DNA of 64,000 bases from assembly GCF_009914755.1 (NCBI RefSeq), contig NC_060929.1, one strand, 5' to 3'. Positions 1 through 13,789 of this stretch are shown here, one piece after another. Origin of the DNA: the human T2T-CHM13v2.0 reference genome, Homo sapiens. Numbering within the stretch: the stretch's first letter is position 1; every line of letters begins with the position of its first letter. The notes below the pieces were generated by a model. The model had not been told where the DNA came from. It made no database searches and saw only the letters and a program-made list of their open reading frames with translations. Made by a program: the position numbers and the translations under genes.

Positions 1-7
1 AAAATTG

Positions 8-488
8 TTGATAACAAATCATGTCAAAACTCAGTGGCTTGAAACAATAGCATTTATTTTCAAAGATCTGTAGGTTGACCAAAGTGGCTGAACTGGGAGT
101 GGTGTGGCTGGATGGTTCTGGTGGTCATGGCTATGTTCACTCATGTGCCTGCAACTCACTGGGCTCACCTGGTGCAAGCTGGGTGGATTTGATTCACGTG
201 TTTTTCATCCTCTCTCTGGACCAGTGAGTCTTTCCCATGGTGCTGTTGCTTATTTGCATGATTGGACTTGCCCTGTTGCACAAGTTCAATCATGCAGATG
301 CTCTTCAAGCCACTGCTCACATAATGCCTATTAATATCCCGTTGGCCAAAGTAAGTCACATGTTGGAACTAGAATTGAGATATGAGGGTACCTCTTTCCA
401 CAATGACAGGGCCCTATGAAGTTACATGGCAAAGGGCATCTTCACAGGAAGCAGTGAAGAGCTGGGAGCATTAATGCAACCTACCACT
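8..488 (-). mobile_element. MLT1-family (MaLR) solo LTR, old
   Basis: Typical MLT1 motifs: aaaactcagtggcttgaaacaa; ttggccaaagtaagtcacatg; aagttacatggcaaaggg; aatgcaacctaccac. Confidence 0.7.
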
Positions 489-544
489 GAGGCCAGATCA
501 CATGCTTATTCAACATACGCACTGTAGTACACAAAACTGAAAAG

Positions 545-692
545 ATCAGTGGTTTTGTAACAAACAGACCTCGATTCACATTTTGGCTCTGCTATTTATA
601 CGATCAGTTTTGTCATCTCTAAAATGAGGATTGTACTTTTTATGATTGCATGAAGTATTTAGAACCTAGCAGGCACTTAACGAATGGCAGGT
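545..692 (+). mobile_element. MIR SINE fragment
   Basis: Core-like tcagttttgtcatctctaaaatgagga. Confidence 0.6.
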
Positions 693-3060
693 CTCTCCCT
701 CTGCAAACATTTTTTCTTTCAATTGTCTTTTCATCTTTCTTCATGGGGTTGTTCTTTATTTATCAGACTCATTTAATAATCTCTATCTTTAAATAAATCA
801 TCACCTAACATTGTTTGGTGACATGAATCAAATACCTAGGACTCTTTAAATTCTACCAGAGAGGTGCAGATGAACATATTCTAAGGCTATCATGCCTCCC
901 TAGGAAATTAGTTGCTTCAATTATCTTTCAAAACCTGCTTATTGAAACTCTCCTGGCATAAACATTTTTGTCAGAACATGAGTCTAAACTGAGTTAAGAT
1001 AGATTTGTGATTTCTAATGGAAGTCATATAACTCTAAAAGTAAACATGAACCATAGACAAACCACAGAATTTTCTGAACCTGCAGCAGATTGAAGTCTAA
1101 AGTAACAGAGAGCTATGCTGCACCCTGGGAGTGCATAAGGGGATGTGTTTAAAACTAAATTGACATTACAAAACTGGATGGAAACAGATTTTTTGTCAAG
1201 GGATGCATCAAATTCCCCCCAAACAAAAAAAAAATCAGGAATATTTTTATTGCAGAAGAATATAGGCTTTGCAAAGGATGCCAATTTGTGTAGATGAGGC
1301 AGAATGGAAGGATGAGACCAAATGAGTTTTCCACTCAAAATGAAACAAATAATTCTGGGAATAAATATACCCTCTATTGGGTTCCTTAGGACTATTCAAG
1401 ATATTTTCCTTTCCTAGAGCACCTCAATTTTTATTTATTTTCTACAAGTTGAGTGGGAGTGATATAATAACTCTTATGTCAGAGATAAAAATAAACCATG
1501 ACATTTTGTCTAAACTCATCAGCAACTGGAGTGCATTTATGAGCATGGAATAGAGGTCACACAGCTTTGAGGATATTGTGGGTATAATCTGGATAAAGTC
1601 AGTACTAGCTCCTAACGGCTGTTTCTGCAATGTCAGAGTTAAATTGAAAGATGAGAATAAACCTCTAGTGACACTCACTTGAAAAGGGTTACTATTAACT
1701 AATGTGCATATACAATATTAAATCAAATTGAAAGCTATGGAATAGGGAAAATGCACGTGGATTTAGAAGATTCATTTTAGTCTTCACTGGATAAATTCTT
1801 AATTGATTGGTTTTGAGCAAGTTACCAATGGAAATATCTGTCTTACCACTTCTACAGAACTGTTTTGAGTATCAAATGAAAGAAATAATATCTAACAAGA
1901 AAGTTTTTTTAATGTTAAATTCCAGTACATATTTCTTTTAGTTGTGAAAATTCTTATAGTGGAGTGCTCTTCCATTTTCAGGACCTTTTGGACTTGGAGG
2001 TTCCTTTGCTTTACAGAGTACTTTTCAAGTCAAACAAATGCCATGTTTTAAAAGTATTGTTGAGATTAGGCAGCATATACCAAGTGCTTTAGCAGTATTC
2101 ATCCTTTTGTGACCTAGTTGCAATTTCACAAACAATGAAACAAGGATACCAATAACAGTGATGTTTATAAAATGAAAATATATTTAAGACCTTAATTGTG
2201 CAATAATAAGAACATAATTGAATCACTTATGGCATATCCATGACACAGGCATTGTGATAATTTAAAAAATGCATTACATGGGCATAGTGTACCTGTATGG
2301 TACAGGTGCAACTTATCAGATGGGATTCTGACCATTATGCTGAAGTAGAGATCTGGAACCCTCTGACAGTGTCAGAAATATTCCTCTAGTGGTTGAAATG
2401 TAAGGAAGTCCAGGAGTGGAGCTGAGGCAAGTTTCCTAGGGGCAAATGAGAAGACTTGGGCCAACAGCCATTTCTGACCACGGTGGAAATATTTTGATAT
2501 TTTGGAAACTAAAAGGGTTGTACTGTGCCTTCTAGCTGAATATCAGCCCATTTGTGAACTCAAAAGGTTAGAATACAAAACTGCATTTATAGTATTATTC
2601 CATTAAATTGTATTTACACATAGGAAAAATACTGAAGATAACATTCTTATATTTTCTTCTTTATTTTTACCCATATTTTCTATAATGAGAATTTTTGTGA
2701 CACTTTGGTTATTTCTAGTTTTTCACTATTACAACCTAGAAATAATATGGACTTTTTCTCATGTCTGCCAGCAAAAAGTACAGGAATTTCTCCTAGTTAT
2801 ACCCTTATAAGTGGAATTGCTAAGTTGTAGAGTATATGGCTGCTTAACTATACAGTATAATACTACAGTATGTTCCAAAGTGTTTATGATAATTACACTC
2901 CATCAGCCATACATAAAGGGACCCAATAGTAGCTATCCTCTTATGCTTGGTATTGTCAGATTTTATTTTTCGTAATAGTATGGGAGTACATTTATTTTTC
3001 ATTGCGATTTGATTTGCATTTTCTTGGATATTTATTGATTTTTTCTATATTATGAAGGGC

Positions 3061-3279
3061 TGTATTAGTCCATTCTCATACTGCTGTAAATATTCTACCT
3101 GAGACTGGGTAATTTATAAACAAAAGATGTTTAATTTACTCACAGTTCCACATGACTGTGGAGGCCTCAGGAAAATTACAATCATGGCAGAAGGTGAAGG
3201 GGAAGCAGGCAACTTCTTCACAAGGAGAAGCAAGTGAAGGAGGAACTTGCCAAACACTTATAAAACCATTTGATCTCAT
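3061..3279 (-). mobile_element. THE1/MST (MaLR) LTR, partial
   Basis: tgtattagtccattctcatactgct...gagactgggtaatttataaa...ttacaatcatggcagaaggtgaa. The other end is missing. Confidence 0.85.
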
Positions 3280-3706
3280 ATAGCAACTCCTTTAATGTTT
3301 CCTCACATAAGATCATGCTTGTTGTAGGTTAAAAGAAAATAGTTATCTTTCCATTTCTAGTTTTCTAAGAGCCAGAGCTTTATCATGAATGGGTTTTGAA
3401 TTTAATAAAATATTGATCTCAATGTACTCATATAGATAGAAAATGGTATTTATAGATTTTCTAATATTAACTCAGCTTGTAATTCTGGGATAAACAATTT
3501 GGGGATGATACATTTTCATACACTTTTGAGTAAGGTTTGCTAGTATTTTCATTATAGTTTTTACATCTATATTTATCATGGATATAATGAGCTTGCAATT
3601 TTTCTTTTATATGCTGTATCTTGTCTTCTCTTATTGTTAAAGACTTGACAAGTGAATTGAAGTCTGTTTCCTCTAATACTATTTTCTGGAAGAATTGTTT
3701 AGATTA

Positions 3707-4033
3707 CAGGGGTCCCCAGCCCCCTGGACCATGAACCAGTGAGGAGGAGGTGAGCCCCGGGTAAGTAACAATTATCGCCTGAGCCCCACCTCCTGTCAGA
3801 TCAGCAGGAGCATTAGATTCTCATAGGAGCGGGAGCCTTATTGTGAACTGCACATGGAGGGATCTAGGTTGTTTGCTCCTTAAGAGAATCTAATGCCTGA
3901 TGATCTGAGGTGGAACAGTTTCATCCCCAAACCATCCGCTCATCCCCTCCATTCTTTCCCTCCCTGCTCCATCCTGTGGAAAAATTGTCTTCCATGAAAC
4001 TGGTCCCTGTTGCCAAAAGGTAGGGAACCACTG
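3707..4033. mobile_element. MER1B-like hAT-Charlie MITE
   Basis: Ends caggggtcccca and gggaaccactg; internal cctcctgtcagatcagcaggagcattagattctcataggagc. Confidence 0.85.
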
Positions 4034-5961
4034 GTTTAGAATAAACTGTATGACCATCTAGACCTGCTTTTTCCTCTGTAGGAAATTTTAAAATTTTTAA
4101 TTTATATCCTTTACTAGTTATAGGAAAATGCAATCTTTCTACATCTCCTTTAGTCAGTTTTGTTAAATTTTTAAAGGCATTTATTAATTATTCTTAAGCT
4201 TTCAAATTTGTTAGCATTAAATTGTATTCCCTCTATTTTCTTTTCAGTCTCTGCAGTATTTACAGTTATGCTCCAATTTTTCATTTAAAATATTATTTCT
4301 TGTCTCTCTGTTTTCCCTCCATGACCATTCATACCAAAAATATTGTCTACTTAATTAGAATTGTGAATTTGATTTGGTTGATTCCATTATATATTGAAAA
4401 AAATTTCATTTGTATCTTCTCTCATCTTTATGATCTTTTTACTTCTTTTAGATTTATTCTGTTGTTTTAGCTCTTTAATCTCTAGCCTTAAAGGTATGTG
4501 ATCTAAAAATATAATTCTTATATATGAAGCACCACTGTCACTGCCTCCCAGAAATTTTGATAATATCAGTTTTGATTATCATTCATTTGTAAGTACTTAA
4601 AATTTTTTATTATGGTGTCTTTCTTGACCTAAGAGGTATTTAAAAATATATTTTAAAAGATTTTCTAATATGCAGGTATCCATAATTTATCATTTTTTTA
4701 TTAGCTCCTATCTGAAATGTATTATGGCTGCAGAACACACTTTTTATGTCATCTATTCATCAAAATTTGTTGGGGACTGATATGTTTCAGTAGATGGTCA
4801 AATTTTGTAAATGTTGTATGCATGGTTTGGAAAAATCTTTACTTTAGCTGAGTGCACACTTCTATATATGTGAGAAGGGACAAACCTTTTGTGTCAAATG
4901 GCCATGAGGGCTTAGTTCCTCCCTTTCCTTTTGAGTGGCTATGTAGGGAACTGTACTTTAACATATCAGGGAAGGGAGAATCACAAGATCTCTGATTGCT
5001 ATCAACAGCATTGGTATGCAAATGCCCTAAATGAACTCCAGGATCTCATCAAGATTACTTTCTGGACTGTGAGTCACATAAGAATATGTTCATGATGATA
5101 CTTTGGTTGTGTTCAAACCATCTAAAACTCTTCTAAATTGTTTTCTGCATCACCTGTCAACAGTTTTGAGATATATAAAAATCATCTACTATAAAGATGA
5201 TTTACTAAATTCCCCCTACAAGTTATCAACTTTTGCTTTATTTATATTAAGGTTACTTTATTTGATGCATACATGTTTTAAAGTGCTACATTTTCCCGGT
5301 GAATTGAACATTGTATAATTATGTAATAACTCATCTCCATGATAATTTTTTTTAAAAGTTAACTATACATATCTCTATTTGCATGATAGTTTTCTATTCT
5401 TTTACTTTTAACATTTCTTTTTTTTTAAAAAAAAACAAAATTATGGGGTGCAAGTGTAATATTGTTACATGGATACGTTAAGTAGTGGTGAAGTCAAGGC
5501 TTTAATTTATCACCTGAATAATGTACACGGTAGCCATTAAGTAATTTCTCCTCATCCTGAAATCATGTCTTTTGCTAGAAAACAGAGTATCAACATCTCT
5601 CCTGTCCCTTTGTTTCTTTCTCACCTGCCCCCACCATTCACAGTTAGATTTTTTTGTTATGTCTTCTTATGGGTTATTTGATATATGTAATTTTTTGGTA
5701 TTTATTTCTTTATTTTTTAGCAATAAAATTAATGAATATGTTTGATTACCCTTAATTTCTCTCACAGAATCTCCTGTGTTTATTTGCTTTCTATTAATAA
5801 TTTGAGTACTTTTCCTAAAGCTATCCAATAAGGGACTTTTTGTGACAAATCTGCTAAGGCCTTTTATGTCTAGGAATATTTTCATTAAACCCTTACATCT
5901 GAGTGACAATTTGTCTGGGTATACAATTCAAGGTTTAAGTTCTTTCCTGTTGACATTTTAA

Positions 5962-6400
<439 letters not shown>

Positions 6401-7642
6401 TATTTTTTATGTTCTTAACATTTACTATATTGCATCTAGATATAGTTTTAATCTCTCCTGTAGGGTATTCTCTGTATTCCTTCAATGTGAAGGTATTTAT
6501 CTTACTTGACTCTGAAGGATGATAACAATTATTTTCTAAGTATCTCCTCCTCATTATTTTTATATTTTTCTTCTTCTGGAAGTTTTATTATCCACATGCT
6601 GGCAATTGTAATCTTATTGTCATTTTTCTTAAATTTTCTTTTTATATTTTTGCATTATTCTCTTCTTTCTATTCCATTAGGAACATTTCTAGAATTGCTA
6701 GAAAGAATTCATTAATTCTTTGTTCAGGTGTATTCATTTTAGTATTTATCTCATTGATTGTGTTTTTTCAATTTACCTTTTTCTGATCTAGTATTTCTAA
6801 CTTTAATATTAATTTAGAAAGTTCATTACTTTTATTTCCTACTCATAATTTCTTAATTTCCTTTTGTATATTTATCATACTTATTTAAGAATTCTCGGAC
6901 TGTTATTATATTTATTTCATTTCCAATGGTATATGTTGATTAATTTTTTTTGGAAGAAGTTGTACTCCTTAAATTTATTATTATTTTGGGTTGTGAGTTT
7001 ATATTCCTCCAAAGTATTAGCACCTTTCTCTGATATTGTGTATTAAGCGTGGTTAGAATCCAGTAAGCTCAATGAGAAAGAAAGTGGTGAGCTGTAGCCT
7101 AGAAAGTTCACAAAAACAATTTGGGCAGTTCTTTACCTTCTTATTTTGGTGGGATTTTTATTTGTTTTGAACAGCAGAAATTATATATTTTTTGGAATAA
7201 AAAAGGTCATTGTCTTCGTAATTTTTTCATTTATTTTATGCTTAAAAATATTTGTCACCCTTAATTTCCAATATTTTTTATAGCTATCATGAAAAATATA
7301 TTTAATCCTTTAATCCGCTTGGAACTTCTGTTTGTGCCATTATTTATTGATTGAAGCTTTAGTAAGAAGTTGACAACAGACAGATTATTGAGGGTCTTTT
7401 TAGATTTTTGCTTCTTCCAAGCAGCATCAATTATAGTTGCTATTCTCTAATAGCATGTAAATGGAAAAATAAGTTAGTATGTGACCATAACTTATAAGTA
7501 CTACTTTTTGTATGTATTAAATGTTTTTCTGAAAAATAGTATGCAACCCAAATAGTAATTGATGTCTTTCTGTGCTCAGATTGACAAAGGTAAAAAAATA
7601 TATATATAGTAGCCAACATGGTGTTGAATAGAAAAGTGGGCA

Positions 7643-8597
7643 TTTTTTAGAGCAGTTTTAGATTTACATAAAAATTGAGTAGAAAGTACAGAGTCCTCAT
7701 ACAATTTTCCCTCTCACCAGTTTCCTGTTATCATTATCTTTCATTCGTGTAGTATACTTGTTACAATTGGTGAACCAGTATTAATACATTATCATTAACT
7801 AAAGTGCACAGTTTATATTAGGATTCACTCTTTGTGTTGTATAGTTTTATGGGTTTTAACAAATGTATAATATCATGTATCTGCCATTACAGTACCATAG
7901 AAGATAATTTTACTGCCCTAAAAATCCTCTGTGCTCTATCTACTTAATCATCCCTCTCTCCCCCTAATTCCCTGGCAACAGCTGATCTTTTTACTATCTC
8001 CATAGCTGTGCTTTTCTCACAGTGTCATATAGTTGGAATCATATATTATGTATCTGTTTCAGACTAGCTTATTTCACTTAGTAATATGCATTTAAGGCTG
8101 CTCTGTGTCTTTTCATGACTTGAGCTCTTTTCTTTTTATTGGTGAATAATATTCCATTGTATGGATGTACTACAGTTTCTGTATCCATTTACCAATTGAA
8201 GGACATCTTGATTGCTTACAAGATTTGGCAATAATAAGTAAAGTCCTATAAACATTCATGTGCAGGTTTTTGTGTGGACATACATTTTCAACTCATTTGG
8301 CAAATACTAAAGAACATAATTGCTGGATTGTATGGTAAGACGATCTTTAGTTTTGTAAGAAACTGCCAGACTGTCTTCCAAACTGGCTGTACCATTTTGG
8401 ATTCCGTCAGTAAATGAATTAGAGTTCCCATTGTTTCATATCCTTGTCGGTATTTGATGTTTTCAGTGTTTTGGATTTTAGCCATTCAAAAAGGTGTGTA
8501 GCAGTATCTCACTGTTGTTTTAATTTGCTATTCCCTAATGATGTATGATGTGGAACATCCCTTTGTATGCTTATTTGCCATTTGTATATCATCTCAC
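7643..8597 (-). mobile_element. L1MC-like 3' end
   Basis: ttttttagagcagttttagatttacataaaaattgagtagaaagtacagag; ORF2 C-terminus-like translation (MVQPVWKTVWQFLTKL..LPYNPAI). Confidence 0.85.
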
Positions 8598-8736
8598 TTG
8601 ATATAGAAATCCCACTTCTAGAAATCTGATGCTTAGCGATACTTCTGGATGAAAATTTATGTTCAATGATGCTCAATACTGCATGATTTATAAGAGCCAA
8701 ATGTTGAATGTTGGTTGCCTCTTAATTTCTAAGAAT

Positions 8737-8741
<5 letters not shown>

Positions 8742-8774
<33 letters not shown>
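8742..8774. repeat. (AG)n microsatellite, ~16 units
   Basis: Seen directly. Confidence 0.97.
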
Positions 8775-8779
<5 letters not shown>

Positions 8780-9819
8780 GACTTCTCTGCATATTCCTTC
8801 ATGAAAAATACTCCAAACATATTAAGTGAAAAAATAGTCACAGAACAATATATCATAGTGTGATTCAATATATATAAAAAGTATATACTAAACACTATAA
8901 TGAAAATAATTTAAATATCTGTAGTTTATAAGAATGTTTTCCTGTAAGATGATTGCATAAATCGTTCAAGTTTGACATATAGTATTATACCATTCTTGTA
9001 TAATGAAGTTGCAGAGTATCTTTTAAAAATTTTATTTTTAAAAGAATTTCAAAAGTTTTTGGGGTACAGGTCATTTTTGGTTACACGGATAAGTTCTTTA
9101 GTGATGACTTCTGAGATTTTAGTGCACCCATCACCTGAGCAGTGTACACTATACCTAATGTATAATCTTTTATTCCTCACTCCCCTCCCAATCTTACCCC
9201 AACCAAGTCCCCAAAGTCTATTATATTATTATTGTGCCTTTGCATCCTCATAGCTTAGCTTTCGCTTATAAGTGAGAACATATGATATGTGGTTTTTCAT
9301 TCCTGAGTTACTTCACTTAGAATAATGGGCTGCAGCTCCATCTGAGTTGCTGCAAAAGACATTATTTTGTTCCTTTTTATGGCTGATTGGTGTTCTGTGG
9401 TGTATATATACCACATTTTCTTTATCTGCCCGTTGGTTGATGAGAATTTAGATGGTTCCATATCTTTGCAATTGCAAATTGTGCTTCTATAAACATGCAT
9501 GTGCATGTGCCTTTTTCATATAATGACTTCTTTTCCCATGGGTAGATAATTAGTAGTGGGATTGCTGATCAAATGGTAGTTTTAATTTTAGTTCTTTAAG
9601 GAATCTCCATAGTTTTTTCCATAGTGGTTGTACTAATTTACATTCCCACCAACAGTGTAAAAGGGTTCCACTTGCATCACATCCATGCCAACATCTATTG
9701 TTTTTTGACATTTTAATTATGGCCATTCTTTCAGGAGTTAGGTGTATCTCATTGTGTTTTTAATTTGCATTTCCCTGATTAGTGATGTTGACCACTTTTT
9801 CATGTTTGTTGGCTGTTTG

Positions 9820-9852
9820 TACACTTGATCTTAGCCAAAAGGCCAAGAGCAA
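9820..9852 (-). pseudogene. U2 snRNA 5'-end fragment (tailless retropseudogene) inserted in L1PB
   Basis: Reverse complement TTGCTCTTGGCCTTTTGGCTAAGATCAAGTGTA matches U2 nt ~1-35 (ATCGCTTCTCGGCCTTTTGGCTAAGATCAAGTGTA). Flanking 14-bp direct repeat ttgttggctgtttg at 9806-9819 and 9856-9869. Confidence 0.93.
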
Positions 9853-10051
9853 ATGTTGTTGGCTGTTTGCATACCTTCTTTTGAGAAATGTCTATTCACG
9901 TCCTTTGCATACTTTTTGATGAGATTATTTGTTTTTTTCTTGTTGATTTGTTTGAGTTCCTTGTGGATTCTGAATACTAGACTTTTGTCAAATGCGTAGT
10001 TTGCGAATATTTTCTCCTACTGTATGGGTTGTCTGCTTACTCTACAGATTT

Positions 10052-10087
<36 letters not shown>

Positions 10088-10353
10088 CTGCAGAAGCTTT
10101 TTAGTTTAATTAGGTCCCATTTATTTATTTTTGTATTTGTTGCATTTGCTTTTGGTGTCTTAGTCATGAATCCTTTGCCTAAGCCAATGTCCAGATCAGT
10201 TTCTCTGATGTTATCTTCTAGAATTGTTATGGTTTCAGGTGTTAGATTTAAGTCTTTGACCCATCTTGAGGTGATTTTTGTATAAGGTGAGATGGGGATC
10301 CAGTTTCATTCTTTTACACGTGGCTTGCCAGTTTTCCAAGCACCATTTATTAA

Positions 10354-10763
<410 letters not shown>

Positions 10764-11164
10764 AGTCTATGTGCCTTTTTAAATACCAGTACCATCCTGT
10801 TTTGGTAATGATATCCTTGTCATATAGTCAGGTAATGTGATGCCTCTAGTTTTGTTCTTTTTGCTTAGTATTGCTTTGGCATGCAGGCTCCTTTTTGGTT
10901 CCATATGAATTTTAGGATTTTCTTTTCCAGTTTTGTGAATGATGATGGTATTTTGATGGAAGTGACAGGGAATCTGTAGATTGCTTTGGGCGGTATGGTC
11001 ATTTTCACAATATTGATTCTTCCCATCCATGAGCATGGGATGTGTTTCCATTGGTTTGTGTTGTCTATGATTTCTTTCAGCAGGGTTTTGTTTTTTCTAT
11101 AAGTTTTATCTGTAAGTTTTCCTTATAGATATTTTTCACCCCCTTGGTTAAGTATATTCCTAAA

Positions 11165-11173
11165 TATTATATA

Positions 11174-11225
<52 letters not shown>
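11165..11225. repeat. Compound (TA)n(CA)n(TA)n microsatellite
   Basis: Seen directly. Confidence 0.95.
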
Positions 11226-11832
11226 GTGCAGCTGTTGTAAAGGGGACTGAGTCCTTGATTTAATTCTCAGCTTGGTCATTGTTGATGTATAGCAGTGCTA
11301 CTGATTTGTGTACATTGATTTTGTAACCTGAGACTTTACTGAATTCATTTATCAGATCTAAGAGTTTTTTGGATGAGTCTTTAGGGTTTTCTAGATATAC
11401 AGTCATATCATCAGTGAACAGTGACAGTTTGACTTCTGCTTTTCCAATTTGGATGCCCTTTATTTCTTTCTCTTCTCTGATTGCTCTGGCTAGGTCTTTC
11501 CAGGGTATCTTTTTAAAAAAACATTTATCAGTAATTGAACACAACTATCTTTTCTCAGTGAAATAATTGTGCCTCCTTTAAATACTATACAGAACATCCC
11601 TCAAACCATAAGTATCTTTTTTTATTATTATAACAATGACCATCACAGTTATATGAATTTTCCTCTCTGATTTTAAGTGAGATCCCCCTGAGTCCTAGGA
11701 CATCTTCCCTCTTGTTGGAATGTTTTGGAATTGTTGGCTGATTGAGTTTGGATGATGTATTAAAGAGAGATATTCCCTGTGCACATAGATGGTATTGCAG
11801 TGTAAACATTTGTAAATGATCTAAATATTCAC

Positions 11833-12230
11833 TGCATTAGTTTCCTAAGGCTGCCATAACAACATACCACAAAATGGCAGCTTAAAACAACAAAAATTAA
11901 TCATCCTACAGTTCTGAAGGCTAGAAGTCAAAAAACAAGGCATTAGCAAATACATACTCCCTCTTGAAACCTTTAGAGCAGAATCCTTTCTTGCCTATTC
12001 CAAGCTGCTAGTGGTTTGTCAGCAATCCCTAGTATTCTCTCCTGTGTCTGCATCTATGTGTCTTTGTCTCTTACAAAGACACCAGCCATTTCAGCCCAAC
12101 TTAATTCAGTATGCCTCATGATAACTTAATTACATCTGCAAAGACTCTATTGAAATGACATCACATTCACCAGTACTGAAGGTTAGGATTTTAATATATC
12201 TTTTAGGGAAACACAAGTCAATCCATGACA
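11833..12230 (-). mobile_element. MLT1B/C solo LTR
   Basis: tgcattagtttcctaaggctgccataacaa...ttaattacatctgcaaagactctat...aatccatgaca. Confidence 0.85.
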
Positions 12231-12675
12231 TTCGTCAGTTGGAAAGTCATTAAGTAGAGCATGTTATAATTATAATATAAAATGTCATGAAGTAGACATA
12301 TATGTACTGATATGACAAGATATCAAAGACCTATTGTTAATAGAATAAAAAGGTTGCAGACCAATATGTAAAATATGGCCCTATGTGTGTAAAAAAGATC
12401 TGTCTTTATAACTACATAATCTATATGTCTATCTTATTTTTATCTTTACTCATGTTTATATCTATACCCATATTATCTTCTCTCTTCTGTGACACTATCT
12501 AGGGAGAGAAGAATAGGCAAATGGAGAAGAATTAACAGTCTTTCATAATATGAATCTTATCATATATTACCAGTATAGTTTTTCAATTATTAGAGAAAAA
12601 AAAAATAAAACACCAAAGAAACAGTGATGGACAGAGATGGGAAAGATTTTTATTTTGGTAGTTGTCTTAAGTTAG

Positions 12676-12947
<272 letters not shown>

Positions 12948-13789
12948 AATTAACTTCATTCTTATTAATTTCAGCAATGTGGACAAATCATTTGTAGTTT
13001 CTGAAACTTGCTTTCTTTTCTAAATCTACAAAAGTTATTTGCTACTTTTTCTCTCTCAGCCTCGTAATTCACTTTACTTACATAACCATTTGAAAACTTG
13101 ATTGAAGTATCTCAAAGAAAGGAAATGAATGCAGTGATATATTATCACTTGAGTTTAATATGTGGAACTTGCTTATGTGGGAACAAGGTCTTTCAATTAA
13201 AGTGAAGGCAAACAAAAAATGTTGAAGAGGAGGTATTTCAGTTATATATAAGTTTTTAATCTCCACCAGACCCTATTATATACAGGGCATTCCTTTTTTT
13301 CTCCCCCTTCCTCTTCCTTCTCCTCTTTTTCTCTTCCTCTTTCCTTTCTCTTCTTTCATTTGCTCTCCTCTTACATTGCCCAGTCTCACTACATTTAAAC
13401 TTTTCTTTCTACCTTCCATTAAAAAAATCCAACATTGAAACTCCACAGGAAAATAAAATATTTGAAGCTTTCTAATGTCTTTTTGTTGTTTATCTTTTCA
13501 TTTTGGATATATTCAAATATACACACACAAAAGAGGGAATCTAATATCATTATGGATATTTTCAAATATACACACAAAAGAGGGAAGACACATACTCTTA
13601 TGTGTCTATCAACCAGTTTCAATGATTACTAACATTTTCATATTCTAAGTTCATTCAGCACTCTCCATGCATAAACATTGTATTTTATTTAGCTTTCTGT
13701 TGGAACATTGAAAGAAAATCACAGATATCATACATTTCAGTTGCAAATACTTTGGTTTGTATTTGCTATCTTTTTTAAAACAAAAGTAA

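Noticed and set aside
2288-2310. Small hairpin tgtacctgta-tgg-tacaggtgca
   Set aside because: The 7-bp perfect stem is expected by chance in 64 kb, and it probably lies in an old repeat.
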